A stretch of DNA of 61,596 nt, filler included, from Stramenopiles sp. TOSAG23-2 (taxonomy: Eukaryota), in assembly GCA_900128395.1 (NCBI GenBank). It is 4 parts of 4 records of this genome, joined end to end, with 100 filler letters (N's around TTAATTAATTAA, not from the genome) between each part and the next. Parts side by side here need not be neighbours in the genome. Positions count along the whole stretch, not along the records: positions 30,878 to 46,193 come from LT649715.1; positions 46,294 to 61,596 come from LT649716.1; 2 more parts are not named here. One strand, written 5' to 3'. Of the stretch, positions 43,090 through 54,681 are shown one piece after another (the first letter of the stretch is position 1; each line of letters starts with the position of its first letter). The position numbers and the translations under genes were made by a program. Below the pieces are notes generated by a model, which made no database searches, was not told the origin of the DNA, and saw nothing but the letters and a program-made list of their open reading frames with translations.

Positions 43090-46000
43090 TCACGGAAAAC
43101 TTGGAACTTTCACACCAAGTTTTTCGTTGCTCATTTGCAATAAAATTGGGAATTTTTTTATTATGATCTCATGCAATGGTATCATAGCATCAACACACAC
43201 TTTTCCATGAATTTCAACACCACGTTTCAAAATAATAAAATGATTAACTAACGCATTTTTTAATTCCTGAACTTTCGCACTTTTCTCCGGCGTTGAATCA
43301 ACGTCCTCAGCAATTTCTGGGAAATCTGTCCGGTACGAACCTGTTAAAAATGGCTCATAATTGGCTATTCCGCCATTGACTGCCGCATCTACCGTACCAT
43401 TGATAGCCATGGTGAAAGATTGCTCTGCAGTTCTACCTTCTAATGATTCAGCGACTTCAATTCTCCTCTTTAAGTCTTCATTCTTGTCTACAACAGTTAT
43501 AACTGCAACTTCCAATGGATTTTGATAATGTTCCGTTGTTTCAACAACTTCCAAGCGTCTTTTCACGTTTGGAAATGTATCCTCGGTTCGCATAAAAATC
43601 TTTTTGGTCCATAAATCCATAAATTCGTTATAAGTTTCTCCTCTCGCTTTCATTTGTGCTTTTCTTTCTCTGTTCTTTCTGAATGGCCGAGGGAACCAAA
43701 AAGTACTAACATTGCAGTTCTTTCGATAAAGTTTTACAGGATCAATCATTGAATCCCTAAATTCCGGCATCATATTATCCCATTCCTCTGCATATGCAGT
43801 TGTGACACCACTAACTTGTATATACAATTTATCTTCGGATTCCTTCATTTCATCCTTTTCCTTTCCAGGCGGGACGCTCTTAGCAGTTGGAAATTGATGG
43901 CGCAAACGAGAAGAAAATTCCATAATGGATTCTAAAGGTGCACCACGGTATACAAACACTTTGTTGCGAATATCTACCGGGTATCGAAGACCAAGAAAAC
44001 TTACACGAAAGTGTGTAGGGTAAAAACGCTCTTGCTGTTTGATTGATAAATAATATTTTGCCTGTTCCATCAAAACACTAGACAATTTTTCATACATAAA
44101 TTCCCTTTCATAAAATGTGCGAAGTAATTCACAATACGCCAAACACTTCTCCCAATTTTTCCCTAACGCATACAAATCAATAGCTTTCCTATATACGCGA
44201 ATCCTTCTATTTTCGATACTCTCACTAGCCCAAGTTGTCGCTTGATCCATTGTTAATGCTGGTACATCTTTGTTTTCTTCCCATGGATACGTTGCGTGCA
44301 TCAGCAACACCTGAGCAGCTTCGCTATGATTATTAAGATCAAGGTGTATTTTTTTCAATCTTTCTACATATTTAACAAACATATCATCTCGCTGTGCCTT
44401 TTTCAAATACGCCATTAAGCGTAACATAGCTTGTGTCTGCTCATCTTCGTATTCTAAATCACCTTTGTTGCCAAACTTTGACAATACACTCAGAAGAGAA
44501 AATAATTTTGTAACTTCTGATAAAAAATCCAAAGTTTCACCAGTATTTAGCAGTGGGTCGCTTCGAAATTTTTTTCTCAGCCGAACATCAAATAATTCTT
44601 CAAATCCTTGACCTGGCGCATGAGTTTTGCTTTTACCACCATTGCTACTTCCATTACTATTGTTGTTGTTATTTAACCCGGTACGCGTTGGTTGTGGTCT
44701 CAAGAGCGACCTTTCTGTAACAATTAAATCAACTGCATTGATTGTTACAAAACGTATCAGTGAAAAGTTATTCGAACGTTTTAATTCTTCTGAAAAGAGC
44801 GATAAATACATATCAGTACTCAAAGCTTTAGTTTTCTCGTGCTTTAAATCAGCAAGCCGTAATAATGGTTCGACTAGCTGCTTTATCATAGAGTATTTCC
44901 TATTCCCCAAAGCGCCCCAAACCTCGCGAATCTTATCGCAAACATCGTTGCGTATATCACCAGCCTGTTCAAGCACAACTTTTCGTCTATTTTTACTTGA
45001 ACCTTCCAAATCAAGCGTATCTGAATTCAACATTGCTAGGCCAGAAAATAAATACGAGAACCATAAGTCCATTTTTTCTTGGTCTGTCAAACTTTCGCCA
45101 GTAGCCGAGGCCGCTGTATCAACTTCTTGACCAGGTGCATCCCTCCGAGTGCGGTCTAAAATTTTCTCCAAATCATACAAGAAATCATTTTTCAACGGTT
45201 TTCCAAGCCACTCTAAGATTCTTAATGCAATATTCTGATGGCTTATACAAACAAAAGCCCACCGTTCATCATATATTTTCTCCTCTTTATGCAGCGTTGA
45301 TAAATGCCAGCAAACTTCTAATAAATCTTTCATAAATTCCCAAATAGCTTTTGGTGTTGAATTTTCCTCTGGGCTATTTCCTAAAGATCTTTTCAAAAAG
45401 TGTTCCATTTGCATAGGTAACATCATTTCTATTATACCAAGAAGAGATGAAACAGCGTGGCCTACCACATCTAAATCTTGAAGTTCCTTAATTACTTCAG
45501 TAGCTTCCATGTGACGAACAATAGTTTTATCTTCCCCAAGTAACGATGTCGTTAATTTCAACAATTGTGGCAATAAATACGACATTTTCCATGCATCATC
45601 AAAAGAAGCTGCTTTCTTCACAATAGTGCATAAATCTTTCACAATCAGCACAGACCATTTCATTTCAATATCATTATGATCATTTAGTTGAACGATGTGT
45701 TTTTTTAACATAACTATCATGCACGGCAAAATGCTTGTTCTAAATTCTTCCCTTGCCATTAATTTTCTTCTTTCACAGATTTGATGCACTGACTTTAACT
45801 TAGCAATATTTAATTTCAATAAATTCTTACCACTATTACGAGTCTCGTTGCTTATCATTCGCTTCTTCAATTTCATCTTGTTCGTCTCATCTTGTTTTTC
45901 TGGATTGTCATTTTCTTCTTCCTCTTTTTCTCTTTTTAAATCATCATCCGTGCGAATTGATTCAAAAAATTCTCTAGTAATTTCACCAAGTTCAGTTTGA

Positions 46001-46193
46001 TTAAATAATTTTTCCAAAGCAGTAAAAACAGGAGTGAAATTTTCCAACGTGCGATGTTGAATATCCTGTAAATTCTTTTTTCGCATCATATCAGAGATAA
46101 TATATGTCAATTCTAACAGCGATTTTTTCAATGTCTGCAACATGTTTGTCGGATCTTGTCCCTGCTCTTTCTTTTTTTTTGCAACTTGAAAGT
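43090..46193 (-). CDS. DOCK-family (DOCK-A/B type) Rho/Rac GEF, C-terminal part with DHR-2; 5'-truncated by the contig end
   Basis: HFRVSFLG.RYP..RNKVFVYRG, LWTKK...TEDTFP, NPLEVA and INGTVDAAVNGG (nucleotide-sensor Val) are present. The frame stays open from 46143 to the contig edge (FQVAKKKKEQGQDPTN-M). Confidence 0.9.
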
Positions 46194-46293
46194 NNNNNNN
46201 NNNNNNNNNNNNNNNNNNNNNNNNNNNNNNNNNNNNNTTAATTAATTAANNNNNNNNNNNNNNNNNNNNNNNNNNNNNNNNNNNNNNNNNNNN
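46194..46293. other. Artificial contig spacer
   Basis: N44-TTAATTAATTAA-N44. Confidence 0.98.
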
Positions 46294-46294
46294 G

Positions 46295-46628
46295 ATAATT
46301 CCTACTCTTCAAAAGAATACAATAACTGAGACAATAATATCTATCTCAATTAATGTAAAGGAGGAACAGTTTTTTTTTTTAGCGAGTGTACCTGGTAGCA
46401 TATAGCTCTCTACACACACACAAATTTTAAAATTTACACCTTTTTAATTTAAAATATACGGTACAATTTATTCTCCGCCTTCCTGATGATGTTTCGTTTT
46501 TCATCAACTGCTACGAGTAGTTGATACCATCTATTTACCTTCATTGGTATTCTCTATTATAGATATCAACACACTAGTGTGAGATAGATTATTTCAGTTA
46601 TTGTATTCTTTTGAAGAGTAGGAATTAT
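46295..46628. mobile_element. 334-bp element bounded by perfect 35-bp inverted repeats (MITE-like, or a fold-back artefact at the contig start)
   Basis: ataattcctactcttcaaaagaatacaataactga at 46295-46329 is the reverse complement of 46594-46628. The match extends imperfectly inward (tctatctca) and there is no ORF inside. Confidence 0.45.
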
Positions 46629-46818
46629 TATGAGTAAAATTAAAAAATTAATTATGTGCGTTAAACTTTAATTATACTCGGTATATAATATTGCATATAC
46701 GTATTATTTCTCTTACTCATCATTATATATACGCGTATATACGTATTTGACATTTTATATAAAATATTTTAAAATAAAATACGTCGTACGAACCGTCGTA
46801 TATGATACTCTCGTGGCC

Positions 46819-49800
46819 TTATTCTTTATTATCATACTCTGGTGGATTTACACTTGGTGCATTGATATTGGCAATTTTTTTCCGTACTTCTTTTAATTCC
46901 TCCGTTGCATTAGAACTTTTTAGAAAATGATCTCCTTTCGGACCTGCATTTTCACCGGGATCACCTAAACTTATTCCTGCTGTAAGATTTACAGCTGTTT
47001 TGTTTCCCAAAGAAGATACATTTATTATTGGTGCACGCCATACTTGTTTACCACCAAATTCACCCCATCGTTCTAAGTCATCTATCTTCGCAGTTTTAAT
47101 CTGTTCATTATGACGTAAACAGGCCAAACTCAACTGATCTTTGCATGGATTTTCTAAACCGCCAGCATCTTTCTGCTTTTTTGGCAATAAGAACGTATCC
47201 CTATCATAAGCATCTGCCCATTTGCGAATGTCCCCCATTTGTGTATCTTCCCTATCTTCCTCCGCACCAACTTCCGCTTTCGTGTTTCCGTCTACAAATT
47301 TGCACTCACAACATTGCGGTCTTGAGTCAATACCGTATCCTAAATACGGATGATCATCTGGTAAATTAGGAGCATTTTGAGCAATTGTTTTATTGTCTGC
47401 GAGATCTGGATATTTGGGAAAATCGGGAAGTTCCAACAATATTGTTTCACCTTTGTTATGCTTCATTTGTCTTTGCAATATTTCTTTCGTTTCTCTATTG
47501 ACTTTCATTCTATCAACCGCTTCCTCTCTCATTGGTGTCAGTTTCTGTGGGTACGTGTCGCCAAATTGTTTTAAAATATGTGTCGTCTCTTCTTCTTCTT
47601 GCTCTGGAATGGAGTCTACTTTGATCGGATTTTTAGACAAAGATGGTTGAGAAAGTTTTGATCGCATAGCAGCCTTAACATCTGGGCGTAGATGGCGTAT
47701 CTGATGCCTTTGAACAGGACGCCTTTGAACGAAACTATGGCGGATCGGCCACTTTTGCTGCGTTATATCTAAAAAGGATGTTCTTGTGTTTGCTTTCGTT
47801 AGGCTCGCATCGTCGTTGAAGACATTTAATGGTGGGTGAATCTTCTTTCCTGTGATCATTCGGTTTTCAGTCAATGTTAATGTCTCTGTCATGTTACATG
47901 GGCAACATTCTCTCTTTCGAGGTTTTTCATGTAGCCATTTATCTAAAACGCAGATTGGATATGCAATCAAGTCGGGCTTTTGATTACGACGGTAATACAA
48001 TTCGACCTCTTCATTTTGTTTTATAGGTTTATTTCCATTGACTTCCAAACCCTTATCTCTGGTCCAAGGGGTTTTCTCTCTAATAATGTCTCTCATCATT
48101 TGCATTCGTGTCTCCCGCTCCCTTCTAGGTTGAGTCCTTGGTACCCATTTATCCTTTAGTGGCATCCCAGCATCTAAATTTGATACGTTTCCACCTAACC
48201 GTCTTAATATTAAAGTGCAGCTTCCTTGAATACTGTTAAAACTTTGCCTAGGGTCTAAAATGCCATCACCATTCATTTTAACTAATATTGGTATTTGGGC
48301 ATTTGTGTAAAATCGAAACATGGCTACTATTTCTTTTGGTATCTTCCAAGTTTTAATTGCCATTGCTGGATTTCGTATGCATTCAGCAAGTTTATTAGTA
48401 GGTTTAAAGGCCCACTGATACATAATGTCAACATAGGAAACATACCTGACGCGAGTTTCAAGCAAACTTGTAGGTTCTTCATCTTCAGTATCCAACCTGA
48501 CTTTTCTTTCTTTTACCGTTGAGCCCAGTAGTTTTGAAGTAACTTTTGATTCTTTTGTATTACGAGGATCATGGTAAAAGGTGCCTTGTAAAGGGTCAAT
48601 CGCGCGCAAAATACCACGGTCCTCTATAGTTTTATTAGGTTTTAAACGTTTTTGCATTGCCTCTTGAGCTTGTAAAATTGCATCTGGCTTTTCAATACCA
48701 TTACTACATACCATGTCTGGCGCACATGCAACAGTTGTTTCGCATGGGGCACCGGTATCCCCTTTACATTCTCCCTTAATACAGAGTAATCCATATGCAC
48801 AATCTTCCCTCTCATATTGTTTCGTACACGATGAGCCAATACCTCCTTCATCTATGCATTCACCAGATGGGGCACACGATAATCCGTCTTCACACTCATA
48901 ATTGGTATTGCAATTTTCACCAACTTTTCGAGGAACAATACACATGTTGTATTGCACTATGCAACGCAAACCCTCTCTGCAATCTTCATTTTTATAACAA
49001 TTTCCACCAGATGGCTCTCCACACTCACACGACATTAATGGAATGAATGGGTTTGAGCGTTTTATATAATCATTTGAAAAGAAACCGTCTTTCCCAATTT
49101 TACCAGTTCTAGCCATATCCTTGTAATCCCTTGGATCATGATGTTCTAAACATCTAGTTCCATGCTCACATTCCCTGTCCAAATGACATAATTTAGGAAT
49201 ACTATATGGTTGACACTCTTCTAATGATAATACAGGTTTTGGCACAACGACACTTTTCTTCTCAGAAGAATGATTTCCAAAATCAAAATGTACACGATGT
49301 ATAATTTCTGGCCCGCCTCCTTCAACGTCTGCAAATTCATTTTCGTAGGTATTGATATCACCGGGTTTATTTCCAGAGTTAATTGCTTTTAATGCATTTG
49401 CACCAATTTTTGCTCTTACGGATTGGATTTTATCAGCCAATTTTTCTGCAGACCCATAACCTGGAATGCTGGTCGGAACACTGCTGATGTTGTCAAAAAC
49501 GCTACCATCCTTCGTTCCTCCACCAGAGTACGGTTTTTTGTTTGTATATGGTTTTGATTTATCCCAAAAATCACAGTTACCATCGCTCGTAAATTTACAT
49601 TCACCTGGATTTATTTCTCTATGTGGCAACGTAGGTGGAAATTCCCAACAACAATGATTAACTCTATTGCAAAAAAATCTAGTCAAACCCTTACACTTTG
49701 TCTTTGGTTTACTTTTTGGTAGCGAAGGTAAAATGGGCTGACCATTGTACTTCTTGCTTTTATCATTAGATGGTGCGTTCATACCTGGAGCTCCACCACC

Positions 49801-52800
49801 ACCACCACCACCACCACCATGCTTGTTATTATTAGGTCTTGGTTTATTGTAATTTTTATTTACATTAGGGTAGACTATTCTACTGATACCCTTGCCACCC
49901 TTTTTGCGATTGAAGTCATTTACTCTCTGTACAATATTTGCACTTTTGACGATACGTTGGTTACGAGTTTTGCTAGAAATTTGGGAAGACGTAGTTGATT
50001 TCACAGCTTTTTTTGGATCTTTCTCTTGATCTTCTTCTTCATCCCGAAATTCTACTACCGTGCATAACATATTTTTTGGATCACATGCTAAATTTAAACA
50101 ACAATCATCGTGATTTCTGCAAGTGCCACCTCGAGGATTGCAATGAAAGTCGCTATTTGACTTTTTGATTACTTCCGGCGATTCCACACTTAGTTGATCG
50201 TTATGTTTCTGAGATTTAATAACACTATGAGAGTCGGTGTACTTATAATCTGTATCTACATCAACATGATATTCACCTATGTGATGTGGTATTGACTTTT
50301 TAAAGTTGACATTTGTACGTTTGAAAAAAAATCCCCCACCCTCATCTAAAAGAGGAAAATTCTTTGGATTTGTTGGATTTGGATCTGGATCAAGTTTTCC
50401 CATAGTTTCCAGAAACGGATGTTTATCTGGCATTGGCCCAAAATTTGGATGCATATATGTTGGTTGATTTCCTTTATCAATTGCTTTCCCACCTGTAGCA
50501 GAATCAAAGTACGTCTTGTCTAAAGCTGCTGCACCAAATTTGTCTGCTTTCAAGGCTGCACCTTTTTTTTGTCTTTTTTCCGCTTCTGCCATCTTTTCAG
50601 CGGCTCCACCAGAAATTTTTAATTTTGCACGTTCTTTTGCAAGAATTTCCATCGGGCCTGGAACGGGAGAGGAGCTGCTCTTTAAATAAGAAATATCCCC
50701 ATCCTTATCAATACTACTGGTAGTAACTAATCCTCCCAGTCCATATTTATTGATTTCATCCGATGCATCTATACATCGTTTTCTTTCATCTTTACCTAAA
50801 CTGCAAATTAATTCCCCGCAACAAAATCGTTGTGATTCGCATACATCTCCATTTCCGACACAGTCATAACCAGGAGTTTTGGTTTTAGGTTTAGAAAATT
50901 CAGCTTTGTATGGGCATTTGCCACCCGTGACGTAAGGACAACCTTGTGCTTTACACATATCACCATAAACAAGATCTCGAATTTTGATATGAAATCTTGT
51001 AACGCGTTGCTCCATCTTACCATTTACGTATCGAATATCAAAGCTACCATCAGGGTTTAATGCACTAATTGTCGCTGGTTCATAGAAACATCCACCGAGC
51101 CATCGCGCATCTATTTTTGAACCAACATTTAAAACAATATCTTCTGCTGATACGGAACCACTTCCTTTCCTATTAGATGGCAACATGATTTCTTCATCAG
51201 TATTTAAATTTACGACACCACGAGCATCTTCATCTTCGTTTGGAAACTTATGAGTATTCATTAAAGGCACGCCGCTACTAAATTCATTTGCATTTTTATG
51301 CGAATTATCTAAAACATTGAAACCATTTTTCCCTCTGACAGTGGGATCCCAATTATTGCCTCCGACATGAGAATTATTTCCTGGATCCATAACTTTGTAA
51401 GTAATCCCCCTTGACTGTTCTATTTTAATAGCCTCTGCACATTCAGCGGGCGTCCCTTCAAACCCAGAACATGGGTCCGAGATTGAATTATAACGCCTAT
51501 ATACAAAAGTCGATAGGTTTCCCCAATGATGACGAGCTTGGATATCATCAGCACCTATGTACCTCGGGATATTAGAATCATATTTATCAATGCTTGGAGT
51601 ATTTTTAGTAGGTATGTCCTTGTTTGGTACTTCGGCACCCTCTCGACGTTCAGCTTCTGTCGGTAGGTCGTTTGTATCATTCAAAAATCCAACACGTTTC
51701 CATATCGAATTTGCAGTTCCAAGTTTAGGCCATTTTATATCAGCTTGTTGATTATTGATTTTGAATTTCTTAATTTTTTTTGCAAGTTCCACATCACGAT
51801 CCCAACTTTCAGCGGGATTTGATTTGGCTACACCAAGTTTGTCCATATGGATCCAATTTGTATTGTTATGCTGGCATTTTTCATAAATTGGCCCCCGAGC
51901 CGTACCTTCAGAACAATTTCCATTACCACTGGAAATATTAGATATGCACCAACCACATGCAAAGTCTTGTATACATTCTTTTTTTGTTTTTTGTAAGCTG
52001 CAAGAAGTTTCTGTAACAATACTTGGACCATTTTCACGAAGCACATTTACTTGGGCAGTTAAAATTGAAATGCGTTGACGCAAATGCTTTCTGCATTTTT
52101 TTGAGCAAAGAGATCCTGGCTCCAACACGGGTTGTCGTTCTCTGCGTTTTTCTTTGTCCTCTGCAACTCTTACTCGTTTCTTTTGATCTTTGTACTCTTG
52201 CTTTCGTTTTTTATACAGTTTTTCACGTTTTTTCTCATCCACGATATTTTGTTCTACAATTCTAGTAGCGTTATAAGCTATATCGAATTTTAATTTAACA
52301 TCATAAATCTCTTGCAAATGAATGATTAATGCATTAATTCTTTTCAATAAATCGATTTCATATTTATCTTGGTTGCTTAAATCAAATTCCAACACTTCCG
52401 TTGGATTTTTTATACATGGTTTTTCTTTTGCTTTCCAGTTAGTATCGAAACCATCTTTTGACTTACCTTTCCAGTTAGTATCGAAACCATCTTTTGACTT
52501 ACGAATTTTGATCCCACCACCAGGCTTGACATGCAATCCTTCTCCATGAAGCGATAAACCACCAGCTTTGGTAATTAATGTGTCAGTTATTTCAGTTGCT
52601 TGTTTATGAACTTTCCCAACACAATCACCACTGCCGGTAATTTTAGCATTGGAATTACCACCGTCGCTACTTTTAACATTGAAATCACAAGGTTTGCCAT
52701 TTATTTTTTCTTGGACCCGTTTTTCAACACCTGAAATAATGTTATCAACATTTGGAGGTATCTTCGTTTTCGTTTTTATTTCTTGCTCAATAAATACTAC

Positions 52801-53568
52801 ATTGTTATTATTGTCTTCGTCAGGTTTTTCACCACAAAACGGTGCACCGTCTGCTTCTTTTTTAAGATCATCTTTCACAGTTTTTACTTCTTGGCGTATC
52901 ATGTCTGCAACATCGAACTGTGAAATAAGATCAGATTTCAAAGACCGAGCTATACGTAATTTAATACCTAATACTTCACGTTTCACTTTATGTGGATTCA
53001 TTTTTTTATAGGCCACAACTTCGCTAGTACTTTCTACATCTATTTCACTGTTCATTTCTACCATGTTTTTAAACTTTTCTTCTTGATCCTTGATGATGCT
53101 TTGTGTATCCATACCCGTATCCCGTACCCCTACCCCCTTAACAATCTTTGCTTTCTTTTTATTTATTTGTTTAAACATAAATCGATTATCATTAGATTTT
53201 TCACCTTCAGTTGTCTTCTTTTTCTCTGCGTAAATAAAGTTCGCAGTACCAGGTTTTACTAAGACTCTAGCGTCAAATCTATGCTGGTTTTGCTGGTTAA
53301 CCACAGGTTTTTTAACCAGTTCAAAATCTGCTACCTTTTTCACTCCATCCTCATATATTTTATCTAGCCTATCATTTAGCGCTTCATCGTCCGTATTGGA
53401 ATATTTTGATATAGGCGACGCAGGTAGAGACGACGGAGACAGAACATGTTGTTTATTAACTTTATTTGTAATAATATTTATACTAAATGTAGGAACAAGG
53501 AAAATCAACATGTATAAGACAAAAATGTAAAAAAATGAAGGAGAGAGCATTTTAAATACTTTTACCAT
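46819..53568 (-). CDS. Giant secreted Cys-rich protein (2249 aa) with PSI-like, Tudor/Agenet-like, knottin-like and tandem small Cys repeats
   Basis: Signal peptide; CS..TKKECIQDFACGWC..C.EG; VGSKIDARWLGG.FYEPATISALNPDGSFDIRY; C.GNGDVC..CCG.LIC and C..RGGTC..DCC.NL.C; G..C....C..GL.C repeats; and a 36-bp internal duplication (SKDGFDTNWK x2). Confidence 0.75.
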   Translation of the reverse strand: MVKVFKMLSPSFFYIFVLYMLIFLVPTFSINIITNKVNKQHVLSPSSLPASPISKYSNTDDEALNDRLDKIYEDGVKKVADFELVKKPVVNQQNQHRFDARVLVKPGTANFIYAEKKKTTEGEKSNDNRFMFKQINKKKAKIVKGVGVRDTGMDTQSIIKDQEEKFKNMVEMNSEIDVESTSEVVAYKKMNPHKVKREVLGIKLRIARSLKSDLISQFDVADMIRQEVKTVKDDLKKEADGAPFCGEKPDEDNNNNVVFIEQEIKTKTKIPPNVDNIISGVEKRVQEKINGKPCDFNVKSSDGGNSNAKITGSGDCVGKVHKQATEITDTLITKAGGLSLHGEGLHVKPGGGIKIRKSKDGFDTNWKGKSKDGFDTNWKAKEKPCIKNPTEVLEFDLSNQDKYEIDLLKRINALIIHLQEIYDVKLKFDIAYNATRIVEQNIVDEKKREKLYKKRKQEYKDQKKRVRVAEDKEKRRERQPVLEPGSLCSKKCRKHLRQRISILTAQVNVLRENGPSIVTETSCSLQKTKKECIQDFACGWCISNISSGNGNCSEGTARGPIYEKCQHNNTNWIHMDKLGVAKSNPAESWDRDVELAKKIKKFKINNQQADIKWPKLGTANSIWKRVGFLNDTNDLPTEAERREGAEVPNKDIPTKNTPSIDKYDSNIPRYIGADDIQARHHWGNLSTFVYRRYNSISDPCSGFEGTPAECAEAIKIEQSRGITYKVMDPGNNSHVGGNNWDPTVRGKNGFNVLDNSHKNANEFSSGVPLMNTHKFPNEDEDARGVVNLNTDEEIMLPSNRKGSGSVSAEDIVLNVGSKIDARWLGGCFYEPATISALNPDGSFDIRYVNGKMEQRVTRFHIKIRDLVYGDMCKAQGCPYVTGGKCPYKAEFSKPKTKTPGYDCVGNGDVCESQRFCCGELICSLGKDERKRCIDASDEINKYGLGGLVTTSSIDKDGDISYLKSSSSPVPGPMEILAKERAKLKISGGAAEKMAEAEKRQKKGAALKADKFGAAALDKTYFDSATGGKAIDKGNQPTYMHPNFGPMPDKHPFLETMGKLDPDPNPTNPKNFPLLDEGGGFFFKRTNVNFKKSIPHHIGEYHVDVDTDYKYTDSHSVIKSQKHNDQLSVESPEVIKKSNSDFHCNPRGGTCRNHDDCCLNLACDPKNMLCTVVEFRDEEEDQEKDPKKAVKSTTSSQISSKTRNQRIVKSANIVQRVNDFNRKKGGKGISRIVYPNVNKNYNKPRPNNNKHGGGGGGGGGAPGMNAPSNDKSKKYNGQPILPSLPKSKPKTKCKGLTRFFCNRVNHCCWEFPPTLPHREINPGECKFTSDGNCDFWDKSKPYTNKKPYSGGGTKDGSVFDNISSVPTSIPGYGSAEKLADKIQSVRAKIGANALKAINSGNKPGDINTYENEFADVEGGGPEIIHRVHFDFGNHSSEKKSVVVPKPVLSLEECQPYSIPKLCHLDRECEHGTRCLEHHDPRDYKDMARTGKIGKDGFFSNDYIKRSNPFIPLMSCECGEPSGGNCYKNEDCREGLRCIVQYNMCIVPRKVGENCNTNYECEDGLSCAPSGECIDEGGIGSSCTKQYEREDCAYGLLCIKGECKGDTGAPCETTVACAPDMVCSNGIEKPDAILQAQEAMQKRLKPNKTIEDRGILRAIDPLQGTFYHDPRNTKESKVTSKLLGSTVKERKVRLDTEDEEPTSLLETRVRYVSYVDIMYQWAFKPTNKLAECIRNPAMAIKTWKIPKEIVAMFRFYTNAQIPILVKMNGDGILDPRQSFNSIQGSCTLILRRLGGNVSNLDAGMPLKDKWVPRTQPRRERETRMQMMRDIIREKTPWTRDKGLEVNGNKPIKQNEEVELYYRRNQKPDLIAYPICVLDKWLHEKPRKRECCPCNMTETLTLTENRMITGKKIHPPLNVFNDDASLTKANTRTSFLDITQQKWPIRHSFVQRRPVQRHQIRHLRPDVKAAMRSKLSQPSLSKNPIKVDSIPEQEEEETTHILKQFGDTYPQKLTPMREEAVDRMKVNRETKEILQRQMKHNKGETILLELPDFPKYPDLADNKTIAQNAPNLPDDHPYLGYGIDSRPQCCECKFVDGNTKAEVGAEEDREDTQMGDIRKWADAYDRDTFLLPKKQKDAGGLENPCKDQLSLACLRHNEQIKTAKIDDLERWGEFGGKQVWRAPIINVSSLGNKTAVNLTAGISLGDPGENAGPKGDHFLKSSNATEELKEVRKKIANINAPSVNPPEYDNKE

Positions 53569-54293
53569 GGAATGGAATCAAAAATTAGTTGTAATATCTC
53601 TCTCTCTCAATAACTTATATAATTACTTTTTGACTTTAAATCTACTTGAAATGATTGTATGTATATATATATATGTAGTCTATATATTATTTTCTCAATC
53701 CTATTATATATATATTAATAATATACTTTTTTGTACATCACTGCTGACAAAACACGGCGGGCGGCTCCCTTTTTAATAAAACCGGCTAAGAATCGCTAGA
53801 CTTCCTTCGTTTTTTTCTTTGGTTGAGATGAAGTATAAATTATAAATTTCCATTTGATATGTACATGATAAATACTATGTATAATAATATTCTGATATAT
53901 AATTTAACTAGTATTTCCTATAATTGACTATTTTTATCTTTTTGGAAGAATCAGACAACACTTGTACACTATTAAAAAAACTTCGAAAAAAAAAGGCTGT
54001 GAAAAAAATAAGCTGCTTAATCTAAAAAACACCTTATTTTATTCAAAAATAACACTATTCATAATGGATGTTGGCGTTCTGGCATGTGCCAAGCAGGATC
54101 TATAGATCGAGGAGTGTAAAAAAAAATACCAACAACAACAATTATTCAAAAAAATCACAACAATATAATAAATTTTTAGCACAATAATAATTTTAACATA
54201 ATATATGATGACTAAGCACCATGTATAGATAGAAGAGAAGAGAATATACATACATATAAATATACATATACACATACAACAACAAAAACAGCC

Positions 54294-54575
54294 ATGGCAA
54301 ATACAACACCTGGAAATTTATATACACCTACCAATAATACACCCTCAGTTCGTCAACATAATAATAATTTTCATACCAATCCAGGAGAACGAACTTTTGG
54401 AACTACCTTGTGGGAGAAAAAATTAGAAAAAAAGGTTGAAAAGAAACGCTTGTTAAAGGAAATTCAGGACGAATTATTGCAAGAAACTTTAAGCGACTTA
54501 AGAAAAATTGCAGAGACATTAGAGGACGATAAGTGGAAATACGAAAAGTTTACATTTGACAGTTTATCTGTGTAA
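54294..54575 (+). CDS. Small protein resembling anaphase-promoting complex subunit 16 (93 aa)
   Basis: The C-terminal helix LLKEIQDELLQETLSDLRKIAETLEDDKWKYE parallels the APC16 C-terminus (L..v..d.......L..l.eeLeaDeW.f). Confidence 0.5.
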   Translation: MANTTPGNLYTPTNNTPSVRQHNNNFHTNPGERTFGTTLWEKKLEKKVEKKRLLKEIQDELLQETLSDLRKIAETLEDDKWKYEKFTFDSLSV

Positions 54576-54681
54576 AATTCATACGTATAGTTAATATAAA
54601 ACGAAGGCAGATTAGTGCATAGACGAGAAAGAACTTGTAATTGTATTTAACTTTTTGAAGTAAATAACAATTTGTCGAATA

